Assembly: GCA_964401115.1 (NCBI GenBank)
Contig: CAYNXD010000052.1
Location: forward strand, 14 to 64,013
Source: an uncultured Candidatus Poseidoniales archaeon
Lineage (GTDB): Archaea; Thermoplasmatota; Poseidoniia; Poseidoniales; Thalassarchaeaceae
DNA: 64,000 nucleotides
Direction of reading: 5' to 3'
The number at the start of each line of letters is the position of its first letter. Position 1 is the stretch's first letter. The position numbers and the translations under genes were made by a program. Below are positions 1 through 9,506 of this stretch, piece after piece. The notes beneath the pieces are model-generated. The model was not told the origin of the DNA. It did not search any database and worked only from the letters and a program-made list of their open reading frames with translations.

Positions 1-2316
1 CCTCGTGGATTAGCTGCACTTCGCAAACTATCCAGCAAAGTTAGAGAAAGTGCACCCTGTCTTATTTTTGTTAATTCTAGAAATGCTGCAGAAACTGTGG
101 CTCAGAGATTATCTAAATTAGATTCGAATCTAAATATAGGGGTTCATCATGGCTCTCTGGCTGCAGAAACGCGACATGAAATGGAGGCAGCGCTTCAGGA
201 TGGGGCCCTTCATGCACTAGTTTGTACATCAAGCCTAGAATTAGGAATTGATATAGGGACAATAAAGCAAGTTCACCAAATTCAATCTCCACGCGCTGTT
301 GATAGATTGCTACAAAGAGTTGGGCGTTCAGAACATATTCTAGGTGGAACTTCTCGTGGAATGCTACTCTGTTGGGAAGTTGATGATATCGCAGAGGGCG
401 CGGTAATTGCTCGGCGTGCTATGGCAAACGAACTGGAAGGAATTGAATGGCGAAGAAAGCCTCTTTCAGTTGTAGCAAATCAATTAGTCTTAACCTCTAT
501 TTCTGAAAAAATAATACCTCTTGATTCAGGTGCCACCCTAATACAACGGGCAACATTATTTACAGAAACTGATGAAAATGAGGTTCTAGAAATATTACGA
601 ATCCTTGACGACAGAAGATTAGTTCGTCTTGTAGAAAAGCCACGTGATACTGATCCATTAACTTGGCCGCCAATATTATGGGAGAAGGCTGCACAGAATT
701 GTTCGGATTTACCTGATAAAAGGCCAACCGTTGAAGAATTCGAAAAAATTACTGACAAGCAGTTGGCAATTTGGTCTAAATCACTGCGAGCATCACTCCC
801 CGATAATCTACAAAATGGTTGGTTCAGTTCCGGTTCTAGAAGTAGAAACTACATGCTAAATCATCTCAGTATGATTGCTGATGAAACTAGGTATTCAGTG
901 AGAGACGCTGTGACCCGTAAGGCACTTGGAAATGTCGATGAAACATTTGTCCTTTCACTCGATTCATCGGGGGGTGAAGAAGATGGAAATCCTAGAAGGT
1001 TCGTAATGGCAGGAAGAACTTGGGAAATTGTAGATGCTGATCCTGAGAAAAGCGAGCTGCTCGTAAGTCCAATCTCAGATCAGAGTTCAGCTCCAGTTTG
1101 GGCTGGTGAATTACCCCCAGTACCCGGAGAAGTAGCCAGAGAAGTGGGGAACCTAAGAAGAGCCATTGCTGACGAGCACGGTTGGATAATTGGAGAACAA
1201 AAAAATGAAGATTGGGGGGCAAAAGTTAACGCCTGGGTTTCTAGATTACCCCCCCAAAAGCCTGTTTCTGATTATCCACTTTCAGAAAATTCGTTGGGAG
1301 CCCTTTCCCAAAGTGTAGCAGAACACTTGGATGCTACTGGTTCAATACCTGATGCAAGATTATTGACTATTGAATCTAGACGTGATGCTTTGGTACTAAA
1401 TTGCTGCCATGGAAGTAAAGTTAACTCTGCCTTGGCTCATTTTATTCAGGCAATGGCTTCGACAATTGATGGGAAAAGTGGTAGAGTAATAGTTGACCCA
1501 TATAGAATTACATTCCAAGTCCCTGCTCTGACTGCAGATGGAATTGTAAAATGGATGACTGACACTCCACCTGAAGCCCTGCGAGATGTAATGTGGATGA
1601 CAATTCCAAACGGTAGGCAACTTAGAGCAAGGTTAGTACAGGTCTGCAAAACCTTTGGAATTCTTCATCGAGGAATTGACCCTCGTAGGGTAAATTTACA
1701 GGGAATTATCAACAGATATCGAGGAACTGTTGTTCTAGATGAAGCGTTGGATAAATTATTCCACGATCGAATGGATGTTGATGGCACCATATCCCTACTA
1801 GAAGCAATTCAAGCAGGAGCTGTGAGAATCGAACAAACTGCCTCGGGAGCGCTTGGGATTTCGCCAAAAAGTGAGCGGGACCTGCTTTTACCTAATTGGT
1901 CTGATGCCGAGGTAAAACTTAGACTTGAAGAGAGATTGATGAATGAAAGAGCTGTTCTAATTTGCCTTGCTTGTCATTCTCGTATGAGGACACGTGTAGC
2001 CATGTATGGAATCAAGCACCATCACTGTGAATGTGGAGGTACAATGTTAGCAGCAGCACGAGAAGGTCTGGAAGAGCGTCTGAGTGAATGGGTTGCATCT
2101 GAAGATAATACTGTTCAATCAAGGATGGAACGAAATGCCCAACTAGTTCGTCAAAGGGGAATAGAGGCTCTAATTTGCCTAATGGCGAGAGGAATCGGAG
2201 AAGAGACTGCTACCCGAATCTTGAGAAAGGTACCAAAAGGAGAACGAGAATTAATGATGCGAATAATCCATGAGGCTGAACTTAATTATGCTAGAACTAG
2301 GCGATTTTGGGGTTAA
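1..2316 (+). CDS. lhr: Lhr-family SF2 DNA helicase, 5'-truncated by window; C-terminal Cys-rich/HhH region (aLhr1-like)
   Basis: Frame open from base 1 (PRGLAALRK...CLIFVNSRNAAE, motif IV), so the listed start at 97 is not the true start. Also HHGSL, CTSSLELGIDIG (motif V), QRVGRSEH (motif VI), C-terminal CxxC...CxC and ARGIGEETA. Confidence 0.92.
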   Translation, partial: PRGLAALRKLSSKVRESAPCLIFVNSRNAAETVAQRLSKLDSNLNIGVHHGSLAAETRHEMEAALQDGALHALVCTSSLELGIDIGTIKQVHQIQSPRAVDRLLQRVGRSEHILGGTSRGMLLCWEVDDIAEGAVIARRAMANELEGIEWRRKPLSVVANQLVLTSISEKIIPLDSGATLIQRATLFTETDENEVLEILRILDDRRLVRLVEKPRDTDPLTWPPILWEKAAQNCSDLPDKRPTVEEFEKITDKQLAIWSKSLRASLPDNLQNGWFSSGSRSRNYMLNHLSMIADETRYSVRDAVTRKALGNVDETFVLSLDSSGGEEDGNPRRFVMAGRTWEIVDADPEKSELLVSPISDQSSAPVWAGELPPVPGEVAREVGNLRRAIADEHGWIIGEQKNEDWGAKVNAWVSRLPPQKPVSDYPLSENSLGALSQSVAEHLDATGSIPDARLLTIESRRDALVLNCCHGSKVNSALAHFIQAMASTIDGKSGRVIVDPYRITFQVPALTADGIVKWMTDTPPEALRDVMWMTIPNGRQLRARLVQVCKTFGILHRGIDPRRVNLQGIINRYRGTVVLDEALDKLFHDRMDVDGTISLLEAIQAGAVRIEQTASGALGISPKSERDLLLPNWSDAEVKLRLEERLMNERAVLICLACHSRMRTRVAMYGIKHHHCECGGTMLAAAREGLEERLSEWVASEDNTVQSRMERNAQLVRQRGIEALICLMARGIGEETATRILRKVPKGERELMMRIIHEAELNYARTRRFWG

Positions 2317-2365
2317 TATTGCTACAATAATAGGCATTTCTTTGAACCAACCACCCCTCCCTTAG

Positions 2366-2914
2366 TTGATGTTGGTGGGATTAACCGGCCGTAATGCCTC
2401 AGGGAAAACAACCGTAATCGAGTGGTTCAAATCAAGAGGGTTTGGTGTCAACTCATGTTCAGATTCAATTCGCCACTGGCTACGGTCAAACGAACTTGAG
2501 GTTACTAGAGACAATCTAATCGAGGGGGGTAGAAAACTCAGAGCAATGGGTGGCCCAGGAGTTCTAGCGGAAATGCTACTTGATTTAATTGATGAAGAAA
2601 GTAACCATGCAGTGGATAGTATTCGAACTCCTGCTGAAGTAGAGGCTCTTCGTAAAAGAGATGAGTTCGTATTGTTAGAAATTAGAGCACCTCGAGAACT
2701 CCGTTGGGAACGATTGCTAGAGCGTGGGCGTACTGGCGATGCCGAGACCTTCGAGCAATTTTCTATGCAAGAAGAATCAGAGCTTGTTGCCCATGATGAG
2801 AGTGGTCAAGCCCTAATTGCAACAGGGAAAATGGCTGATGTAGTAATAAACAATAATGGCAATGTCGATGATTTGTACAAACAACTAGAGGACTTTATGG
2901 AAGAATATTCTTGA
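2366..2914 (+). CDS. P-loop nucleotide kinase-like protein (dephospho-CoA kinase/NMP kinase-like)
   Basis: N-terminal Walker A GLTGRNASGKTT; DSIRxxxE; lid RWERLLERGR; ADVVINN. Confidence 0.8.
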   Translation: MMLVGLTGRNASGKTTVIEWFKSRGFGVNSCSDSIRHWLRSNELEVTRDNLIEGGRKLRAMGGPGVLAEMLLDLIDEESNHAVDSIRTPAEVEALRKRDEFVLLEIRAPRELRWERLLERGRTGDAETFEQFSMQEESELVAHDESGQALIATGKMADVVINNNGNVDDLYKQLEDFMEEYS

Positions 2915-2973
2915 TTGACCTTATCTGTTTCAGTAAGGCCTTGGCAGATTTAGTATCTAATCTTTGAATCGAT

Positions 2974-3450
2974 TCAAGATAATCGCATCATCATTGTCAC
3001 AGATTTACTTTCGTGATGAAGTACCCCAATTTCATTGAAACCATTTCTTTCATGAAATCTCAATGAGGCGGGATTCGGTGGTTTCAAACTAACTTCAGCA
3101 GCAATAGGGTAGTTATTTTGTTCAGCATGAGAGATTACCTCTTTGTATAATTTAGTTCCAATTTTACAGTTTCGGTGATTTTCAGATACGGCTATTCTGT
3201 CAACATAGAGGAACTCTTCGTACCTTTTATTGAACCAAGCATAGTTTAGACTTCCATATCTCGTCTTAGGTGGAAGGCAGAGAACAAATCCAACTAATTC
3301 ATTTTCTTCATAAGCTCCTAGTGCAAGTTCAGATATTGAGAGTAAATCTGCAATTTCTTTTTCAGATATTTTCCCTGTTCCCGGTAGCCCTTCTTGATTA
3401 ATTAGCCAAATGGATGGGATGTCATTGTTTTGTAATTCATGTAATTCCAT
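2974..3450 (-). CDS. GNAT-family acetyltransferase
   Basis: YVDRIAVSENHRNCKIGTKLY (motif A); NPASLRFHERNGF (motif B). Confidence 0.88.
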   Translation of the reverse strand: MELHELQNNDIPSIWLINQEGLPGTGKISEKEIADLLSISELALGAYEENELVGFVLCLPPKTRYGSLNYAWFNKRYEEFLYVDRIAVSENHRNCKIGTKLYKEVISHAEQNNYPIAAEVSLKPPNPASLRFHERNGFNEIGVLHHESKSVTMMMRLS

Positions 3451-3510
3451 TACGAAGCCTCAAATTGTTTTCCGATATCCTAGGTGCTTTTTCTTCAAGA
3501 CATGCTATGC

Positions 3511-3993
3511 TTACTTCAAATCACCACGTGGATCTTTGGGCCCTTCAGTTGTTTGAACCGTCACACCATGAGATTCAAGGTAGTCTACACCATTTGCACC
3601 ACCAAATCCACCATCTACAACAATTACTTTTGACACACCTGAATGATGGATTAACTTGGCGCACATCATGCATGGCTCGCCAGTGACAATCATCCATGCT
3701 CCTTTTGTGGGTACCCCATTTGCAGCCGCATTACAAATTACGTTCATTTCTGCGTGATGACAACCCACCTCAACGCGTGTTCCAGAAATTACTTGCTCAG
3801 AATCTCTCAAACAAATGTCTCCGCCACACAAATTTCCACCACCCCTAGGGCCACCATTGTATCCATCCATTAGAATTACATTACGTTCAGGATCAACTAA
3901 TAATGAGCCAAATTTTGCTCTAGGGCAGTTACTAGCCTTGGCAAGAGCAAGGCATTGTTCAATGCGGATTCTTAGATGCTTCTCCTTCACCAT
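3511..3993 (-). CDS. dCMP deaminase-family zinc deaminase
   Basis: GYNG, HAEMN and EPCMMC zinc-deaminase motifs; ATG at 3993 taken as start. Confidence 0.88.
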   Translation of the reverse strand: MVKEKHLRIRIEQCLALAKASNCPRAKFGSLLVDPERNVILMDGYNGGPRGGGNLCGGDICLRDSEQVISGTRVEVGCHHAEMNVICNAAANGVPTKGAWMIVTGEPCMMCAKLIHHSGVSKVIVVDGGFGGANGVDYLESHGVTVQTTEGPKDPRGDLK

Positions 3994-4040
3994 AACCACC
4001 GATATCGTTAGCGTGTCGGGGCTAACATATCATGGTGTCG

Positions 4041-5405
4041 TCAAGTCCAGTATTTTTTTTCTGGAGCTGGGCGCAATACTGTCATAGACTCAACATCATT
4101 CAAACCCATCACTTCAAGTAAATTACCTACAAGATATAGACTACCAAACGCCAATATGGGTTGAGATGGGTCACTTTTAGCAATCTCCAAGGCTCTAGTG
4201 AGTGCATCTTCTGGTAATGGGTGTTGCTCAATTTTTGATAGGACACCCTGCGCTTGTAATTCTGACACAATTTCTGCTGAAGGTATTGCATCCCTACGTC
4301 CCTTTTGAGGTTCTGTAACTATGATATGTTCCACCTGACCTTCTACGATTAATTCAATTAATGGATTTAGAAATTCTACAATATCATTTTGTGGAGTACT
4401 GCCAATAATTATTATTCCCGGAGTTGGATGAATATCACCTTCCATCTGAACTCTCAATTGTTCGCAGACTTTCTCCATTCCAGATGGATTGTGCGCTGCA
4501 TCAAGAAGTATAGGCACACCTTCGTATTCTAACCACTGCATTCGCCCAGGCCATACTGTATGCATTACTGCACTGGAAACCATTTCTTTCGGTTCAGCAT
4601 TTGTCATAGGTGATGAAAAGTATCTAAGTGTTATTGCAGCTAATCTAGCAGCATCCTGTTGAAAGGATGACCAACCATCGAATCCCTCGATATCAGGGAC
4701 TGGGCGATGGCTCTCATCGGCTCTAGTGAATGGCACGGTCATTGCTCGATCATACCTCCACCAACAAGCATTCGCGGGGATCTGTACTGCATCTTCAATG
4801 GCCTTTCTTACAGATGCGTCGTAGTTCCATCTTGCAATGAAAAGGCCCGATGGGCGTGCAATAGCAGCCTTTTCTGCTGCTATTTCTCCCAAAGTTTCAC
4901 CTAAAACATCAGTGTGCTCTAGGGCAATTTCAGTCAAAACACAACAATCTGCTTGACATAAACGAGTTGCATCTAACCTACCACCTAAACCCGTTTCAAT
5001 AACTGCTCTATCGATTCCTGCATCTGCAAAAGCAACCATAGCTACAAGAAAAGTGGCCTCGTAATAGGATGGTAACGTAACTGGTTCAATTTCAGCAGCA
5101 TCTTTTACCTTGGATAAGACTCTATCAAAATTGTCTGAAGAAATTGGAACACCGTCGATTCTAACCCTTTCCTCAACAAAGCAGAGATGTGGTGAAGTGA
5201 ATAAACCACAACTTACTCCTGAGAGGGAAAATGAATTTGAAAGAATTACACAAAGGGAACCTTTACCGTTACTACCTGCAACATGAATACAGGGGAATTT
5301 CATTTGAGGCATTCCCAATCTAGAAAGAAGAATTGAAGTTACTTCCAAGCCCGGGCGCATTCCTAAACTACGCAATCCTTCGAGCCATTCTCTAATTTCG
5401 GTCAC
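4041..5405 (-). CDS. folC: Folylpolyglutamate synthase/dihydrofolate synthase
   Basis: IHVAGSNGKGS, FTSPHL, ETGLGGRLDAT, EKAAI, WPGRMQ, LDAAHNP, FGSLYLVG. Confidence 0.93.
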   Translation of the reverse strand: MTEIREWLEGLRSLGMRPGLEVTSILLSRLGMPQMKFPCIHVAGSNGKGSLCVILSNSFSLSGVSCGLFTSPHLCFVEERVRIDGVPISSDNFDRVLSKVKDAAEIEPVTLPSYYEATFLVAMVAFADAGIDRAVIETGLGGRLDATRLCQADCCVLTEIALEHTDVLGETLGEIAAEKAAIARPSGLFIARWNYDASVRKAIEDAVQIPANACWWRYDRAMTVPFTRADESHRPVPDIEGFDGWSSFQQDAARLAAITLRYFSSPMTNAEPKEMVSSAVMHTVWPGRMQWLEYEGVPILLDAAHNPSGMEKVCEQLRVQMEGDIHPTPGIIIIGSTPQNDIVEFLNPLIELIVEGQVEHIIVTEPQKGRRDAIPSAEIVSELQAQGVLSKIEQHPLPEDALTRALEIAKSDPSQPILAFGSLYLVGNLLEVMGLNDVESMTVLRPAPEKKYWT

Positions 5406-5471
5406 TGATAGCCCCTCTAACTGTCTCTTGGGACCCTCTCTTTCAAATGGGTTTTACGGCTCGCGCCATAC

Positions 5472-7643
5472 ATGACCGGTGAAGGTCGAATGGCTCTGCT
5501 CAAAGATGCGATGGTCGGACAATGGCGTTCGATGGGGGGTATGGCAGGTATGTTCATTGGTACAATTTTGCTTGCAATTTACATTCAACCATTTTGGGAT
5601 CGGCCCGAATCTAGGGCTTTTGGGGAAGCGGGAACAACAAAAGTAGGGTTGATTGGATTAGAGTTTCTTCTTATTCTAATTTTTACTGGTGTGATTATCT
5701 GGCTTGCTAAACGGGGATTGCAGGTAATTATCAAATGGGCAGTGTTAATCATTCTATGGATTTCACTATCTTATTGTCTAATTCCACTATCTTCCTACGC
5801 TCTTGACACCCCCCAACCGACTGTAGAATTCAGAACTGAAGAACATTCCAGCTATGATTTCCACTTTACAGACTTAGATGCTAGTAGTTTCATTGTTGAT
5901 AACCAAACGCACTTGATTAAGTATAGCGAAGCAAGTGGAATTGATAGTGGCGTACAAGCAAACCAAATTTGGTCATGGCCTCTTGATATGGGCAATCAAT
6001 CATTCTCGGCACACCCAATTACTATTGTTGATAATATTGATTCTTACATATATTGTGACCAAGTTCGTTGGGTGAAATTAGATAAAAATGATGGAAGCGT
6101 CATTTCAACTCACGATGTAAATTGTAATGCAGGTTTTTCTACTAGTGAATATGACTGGGGAATAATTGATACTCTGCTTCAAAAAATTGATCCATTCCAC
6201 CCAGATGTTCCAAATCACTCATGGACATACAAACTTCCTGAAGAATTTCTTGGAAAAGATTTCTTGAGAGGTGTTCTACTCAGTGATGAGGAAATGTTGC
6301 TTGTTTCAGATGATTGGGCTGGTATCATCGAAATACCTGATGGACCACACAACCTAGATCGAGGTGATACAGTAAATGTAACTGTAAAGTGGGAAGTAAT
6401 TCCTCCAAATGGAGAGTTATTCTCTACATCAGCATGGGGATATTCGCCTTGGAGTAATCAAAATTGGTTGTCAGAAAACCCACCAAGTGAAAGGCTATTG
6501 ATGCTAGGTACCACAAATGGGGACCTCAATGGCTATCTTTGGGATGGAAATGAAATGGAGGAGGAAGTTCGTATCAAATTCAATGAGAGAGATGCATTTG
6601 ATGCGGAAATACAAGGGATTCTATTAGCCGATGATCAGAGAGATGGTCGTGTAGATTTATGGGTTGCTTCCGGAGGAACAACAAGGATGTTTTCGGGTTG
6701 GACTATGGTTGAGTCTCTAAGTATTGAAGGACCTTTTGATACCGGCCCAATAAACATGGTACTACATACAATAGATGCACCGAATTGGGATGAGTTGGGA
6801 ATAGAAGATGGGGTCCTAACCTCCTATAGCATTAATTCATCTCAGAGTGCAATAATTGCAACTCCAGTCAATGAACCAGCATATATTCTACAAGATTCAA
6901 CAGGATATTGGATACCTATTTACTGGTCACAGATTATTGCGATGATTGCAGCTACCGGGTTGATGGTTGCTCTAACAATTAGGCCTGAATGGTATGTAGT
7001 AAATACTACTGGAATACTCACAGGAGCCGGAGTAATTACAATTATTGGGGTAAGTTTTGTCCCAACTTTGATGATAATTTTCATGGTAATAACCGCATTC
7101 TATGATTGGTATGCGGTTTACAAATCAAAACATATGCTAGATCTGGCTGATACTATGATTGGATTAAAACTCCCCATTCTTTTAGTTGCACCACAAGATA
7201 AAGAATACTCGTTCCTAGAGGAAGGAAATGATACAATGAGTAGGATGGATGATGCACCAGTTGTACTTTCAGAATCTAGCCAAGGCGACTCATCCGAGAT
7301 ATCTGTCGCAGCCCCACCTCCACACATACCAAAGAAAAGTGGAGGGGATGCCCTTTTCATGGGACTTGGAGACGTAATCTTCCCTGGAATGTTGGTAATT
7401 TCAGCTCTAACTTTCTTACCAGGGGATGGAACAATATTAGGAATTAGTGACCCTATGTTTGTTGCAATCGGGACACTAATTGGTGGTTTAATGGGGTATA
7501 CAATTCTAATGAGTTATGTTGCTATGGGGAAACCTCAAGCAGGATTACCACTACTCAATGGAGGTAGTATTCTAGGGTACTTAATTTCCGGAATAATAGC
7601 AGTTGGTTCTGCTGCTATTTCATTTGGAATAACTATTTTTTGA
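5472..7643 (+). CDS. Presenilin/SPP-family (GxGD) intramembrane aspartyl protease with a large inserted soluble domain
   Basis: Catalytic YD (FYDWYAVYKSKHM), GLGD (FMGLGDVIFPG) and AGLPLL (PAL-equivalent) motifs; about 9 hydrophobic segments; ~370-aa hydrophilic insert after TM3. Confidence 0.9.
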   Translation: MTGEGRMALLKDAMVGQWRSMGGMAGMFIGTILLAIYIQPFWDRPESRAFGEAGTTKVGLIGLEFLLILIFTGVIIWLAKRGLQVIIKWAVLIILWISLSYCLIPLSSYALDTPQPTVEFRTEEHSSYDFHFTDLDASSFIVDNQTHLIKYSEASGIDSGVQANQIWSWPLDMGNQSFSAHPITIVDNIDSYIYCDQVRWVKLDKNDGSVISTHDVNCNAGFSTSEYDWGIIDTLLQKIDPFHPDVPNHSWTYKLPEEFLGKDFLRGVLLSDEEMLLVSDDWAGIIEIPDGPHNLDRGDTVNVTVKWEVIPPNGELFSTSAWGYSPWSNQNWLSENPPSERLLMLGTTNGDLNGYLWDGNEMEEEVRIKFNERDAFDAEIQGILLADDQRDGRVDLWVASGGTTRMFSGWTMVESLSIEGPFDTGPINMVLHTIDAPNWDELGIEDGVLTSYSINSSQSAIIATPVNEPAYILQDSTGYWIPIYWSQIIAMIAATGLMVALTIRPEWYVVNTTGILTGAGVITIIGVSFVPTLMIIFMVITAFYDWYAVYKSKHMLDLADTMIGLKLPILLVAPQDKEYSFLEEGNDTMSRMDDAPVVLSESSQGDSSEISVAAPPPHIPKKSGGDALFMGLGDVIFPGMLVISALTFLPGDGTILGISDPMFVAIGTLIGGLMGYTILMSYVAMGKPQAGLPLLNGGSILGYLISGIIAVGSAAISFGITIF

Positions 7644-7686
7644 TAATTGATGATTCAGTAAAAGGGAATAAAGGAGGTGATGGGAA

Positions 7687-8970
7687 ATGTTAGGCATCAA
7701 TATGTTCAGAGAGCACGCAGATATCATCCGTGCTGATCACGATAAACGTGGGCTACCTCATGACCAAATTGAAGAAGTGATTAGTCTAGATAATGATTGG
7801 AAAAAGGCCCGCTACGATGCAGACCAATTAAGAAGAGTAAGAAATAAGGCGGCAAGGGGAATTGCGGATGCAAAGAAGGCTGGAAATGATGAAAAAATGC
7901 GAGACATACTAGCAGAAGTTGCATCCCTTGGAGAGCAAATAGATGCCCTTGGAGTCGATGCAGATAATTTAGAGAGAAGTAGGGATGCATTGAGAATGAA
8001 AATACCGAATATTCTTCACGAAAGTGTTCCTATAGGTGATAATGATGAGGGAAATACCTTACACAGCAAACATGGGAACAAAAGGGACTATACTTTCGAA
8101 CCAAAGACACACAATCAATTAATTGATGAAAACAAATGGGTAGACTTACCAAGAGCTGCTAAGATTGCTGGTAGTCGGTTCTATTTTCTGAAAGGGGATT
8201 TAGCTAGAATGGAATTGGCATTACAACAGTATGCAGTTGATTTCTTGACTGATAGAGGATATACCTTCGTTCAACCACCTGTAATGATGAATCGCACTGC
8301 ATACGAAGGTGTAACCGATTTAGCCGATTTTGAGACCGTCATGTATAATGTTCAACCTGAAGGATTCTACACAATCGCAACCAGCGAGCACCCCCTGACT
8401 GCTATGTTCATGGACGAAGTCATGGAACCATCGATGTTACCAATGAAGATGGTAGGGGTTTCACCGTGTTTCAGAAGAGAAGTTGGAGCACATGGTCAAT
8501 CTGATAAAGGAATATGGCGAGTTCACCAATTCACCAAGATCGAACAAATAATTATCAGCAAACCCGAAGACTCTTGGGAATTACATGAAGAGTTGTTATC
8601 AAATTGCATTGAGTTATGGAACTCACTGGATCTTCATTATGAAGTTGTTAATATCTGTACAGGTGATATGGGCACTGTCGCATCAAAAAAGTATGACTTA
8701 GAGGCATGGTTACCTGGTGTAGGTACCTACAAGGAAGTCGTGTCTTGTTCAAATTGCACCGATTATCAAGCTAATAGACTAAAAATGAGATTTCGTACCT
8801 CTGATGGAAATGAATCTGTTCACACTCTGAATTCTACTGCCGTCGCTACTAGTAGAGCATTGGTGGCAATTATTGAACAGAATCAAACAGAAAATGGAGA
8901 AGTGGAAATTCCTCAGGTATTACAAACCTACATGCAGGGGCAAAAAACATTGCAATCTTGCAATTGGTAA
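7687..8970 (+). CDS. serS: Seryl-tRNA synthetase
   Basis: N-terminal coiled arm; ATSEHP, CFRREVG, RVHQFTKIE, KKYDLEAW, SCSNCTDYQ, HTLNST; GGAGGTGA SD. Confidence 0.97.
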   Translation: MLGINMFREHADIIRADHDKRGLPHDQIEEVISLDNDWKKARYDADQLRRVRNKAARGIADAKKAGNDEKMRDILAEVASLGEQIDALGVDADNLERSRDALRMKIPNILHESVPIGDNDEGNTLHSKHGNKRDYTFEPKTHNQLIDENKWVDLPRAAKIAGSRFYFLKGDLARMELALQQYAVDFLTDRGYTFVQPPVMMNRTAYEGVTDLADFETVMYNVQPEGFYTIATSEHPLTAMFMDEVMEPSMLPMKMVGVSPCFRREVGAHGQSDKGIWRVHQFTKIEQIIISKPEDSWELHEELLSNCIELWNSLDLHYEVVNICTGDMGTVASKKYDLEAWLPGVGTYKEVVSCSNCTDYQANRLKMRFRTSDGNESVHTLNSTAVATSRALVAIIEQNQTENGEVEIPQVLQTYMQGQKTLQSCNW

Positions 8971-8987
8971 ATTAATTTTTCAATTGC
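8960..8987. repeat. 11-6-11 imperfect inverted repeat between convergent serS and BCCP genes (possible terminator or protein-binding site)
   Basis: GCAATTGGTAA-ATTAAT-TTTTCAATTGC; 23/28 identical to 30175-30202. Confidence 0.5.
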
Positions 8988-9497
8988 TTATTCTGACTCT
9001 TCTATTTCAATCAAAATTGCTCCCTGATTCACTTGAGTTCCTACCTCGCAGTGAATTGTAGTTACAACCCCATCCACTGGAGAGCAAATTCTATTCTCCA
9101 TTTTCATAGCCTCAAGAATTAGTAGAGTTTGTCCTGCATTAACTGATTCTCCAACTGAAGATAATAGTGATAGAATCTTACCTGGCATTGGTGAGGTTAA
9201 TCCACCTGATTGTTCAAATGTACTTTGTGCGCCAGCTTCCACAACTGATACTCTTGATGTATGTCCGTTGTGATGAATCCACCATACATCGCCAACTTTT
9301 ACGAGAACTATATTTTCATCCCCTTCTCCTCTGTTGAGAGTTATTTCCTCATTTATGCCAGTAGTAGAGATGTTCCACTCTTCTACATTAACTGGCTCTC
9401 CATCAACAGAAACTCGCAAAGCAGTATATCCAACATCTGATTGTACTGCAGCAACCGTCCATTTAGAATCATCTTGATGATTAATGAAATCCTTCAT
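8988..9497 (-). CDS. Biotin carboxyl carrier subunit (BT-like region + biotinyl domain) of acyl-CoA carboxylase
   Basis: SPMPGKI and EAMKMEN biotinylation motif; GAGGTG SD upstream. Confidence 0.92.
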   Translation of the reverse strand: MKDFINHQDDSKWTVAAVQSDVGYTALRVSVDGEPVNVEEWNISTTGINEEITLNRGEGDENIVLVKVGDVWWIHHNGHTSRVSVVEAGAQSTFEQSGGLTSPMPGKILSLLSSVGESVNAGQTLLILEAMKMENRICSPVDGVVTTIHCEVGTQVNQGAILIEIEESE

Positions 9498-9506
9498 ATT
9501 AACACC

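Noticed and set aside
97..99. GTG start of Lhr given by the ORF track
   Set aside because: The frame is open to base 1 and contains helicase motif IV; the gene starts upstream of the window.
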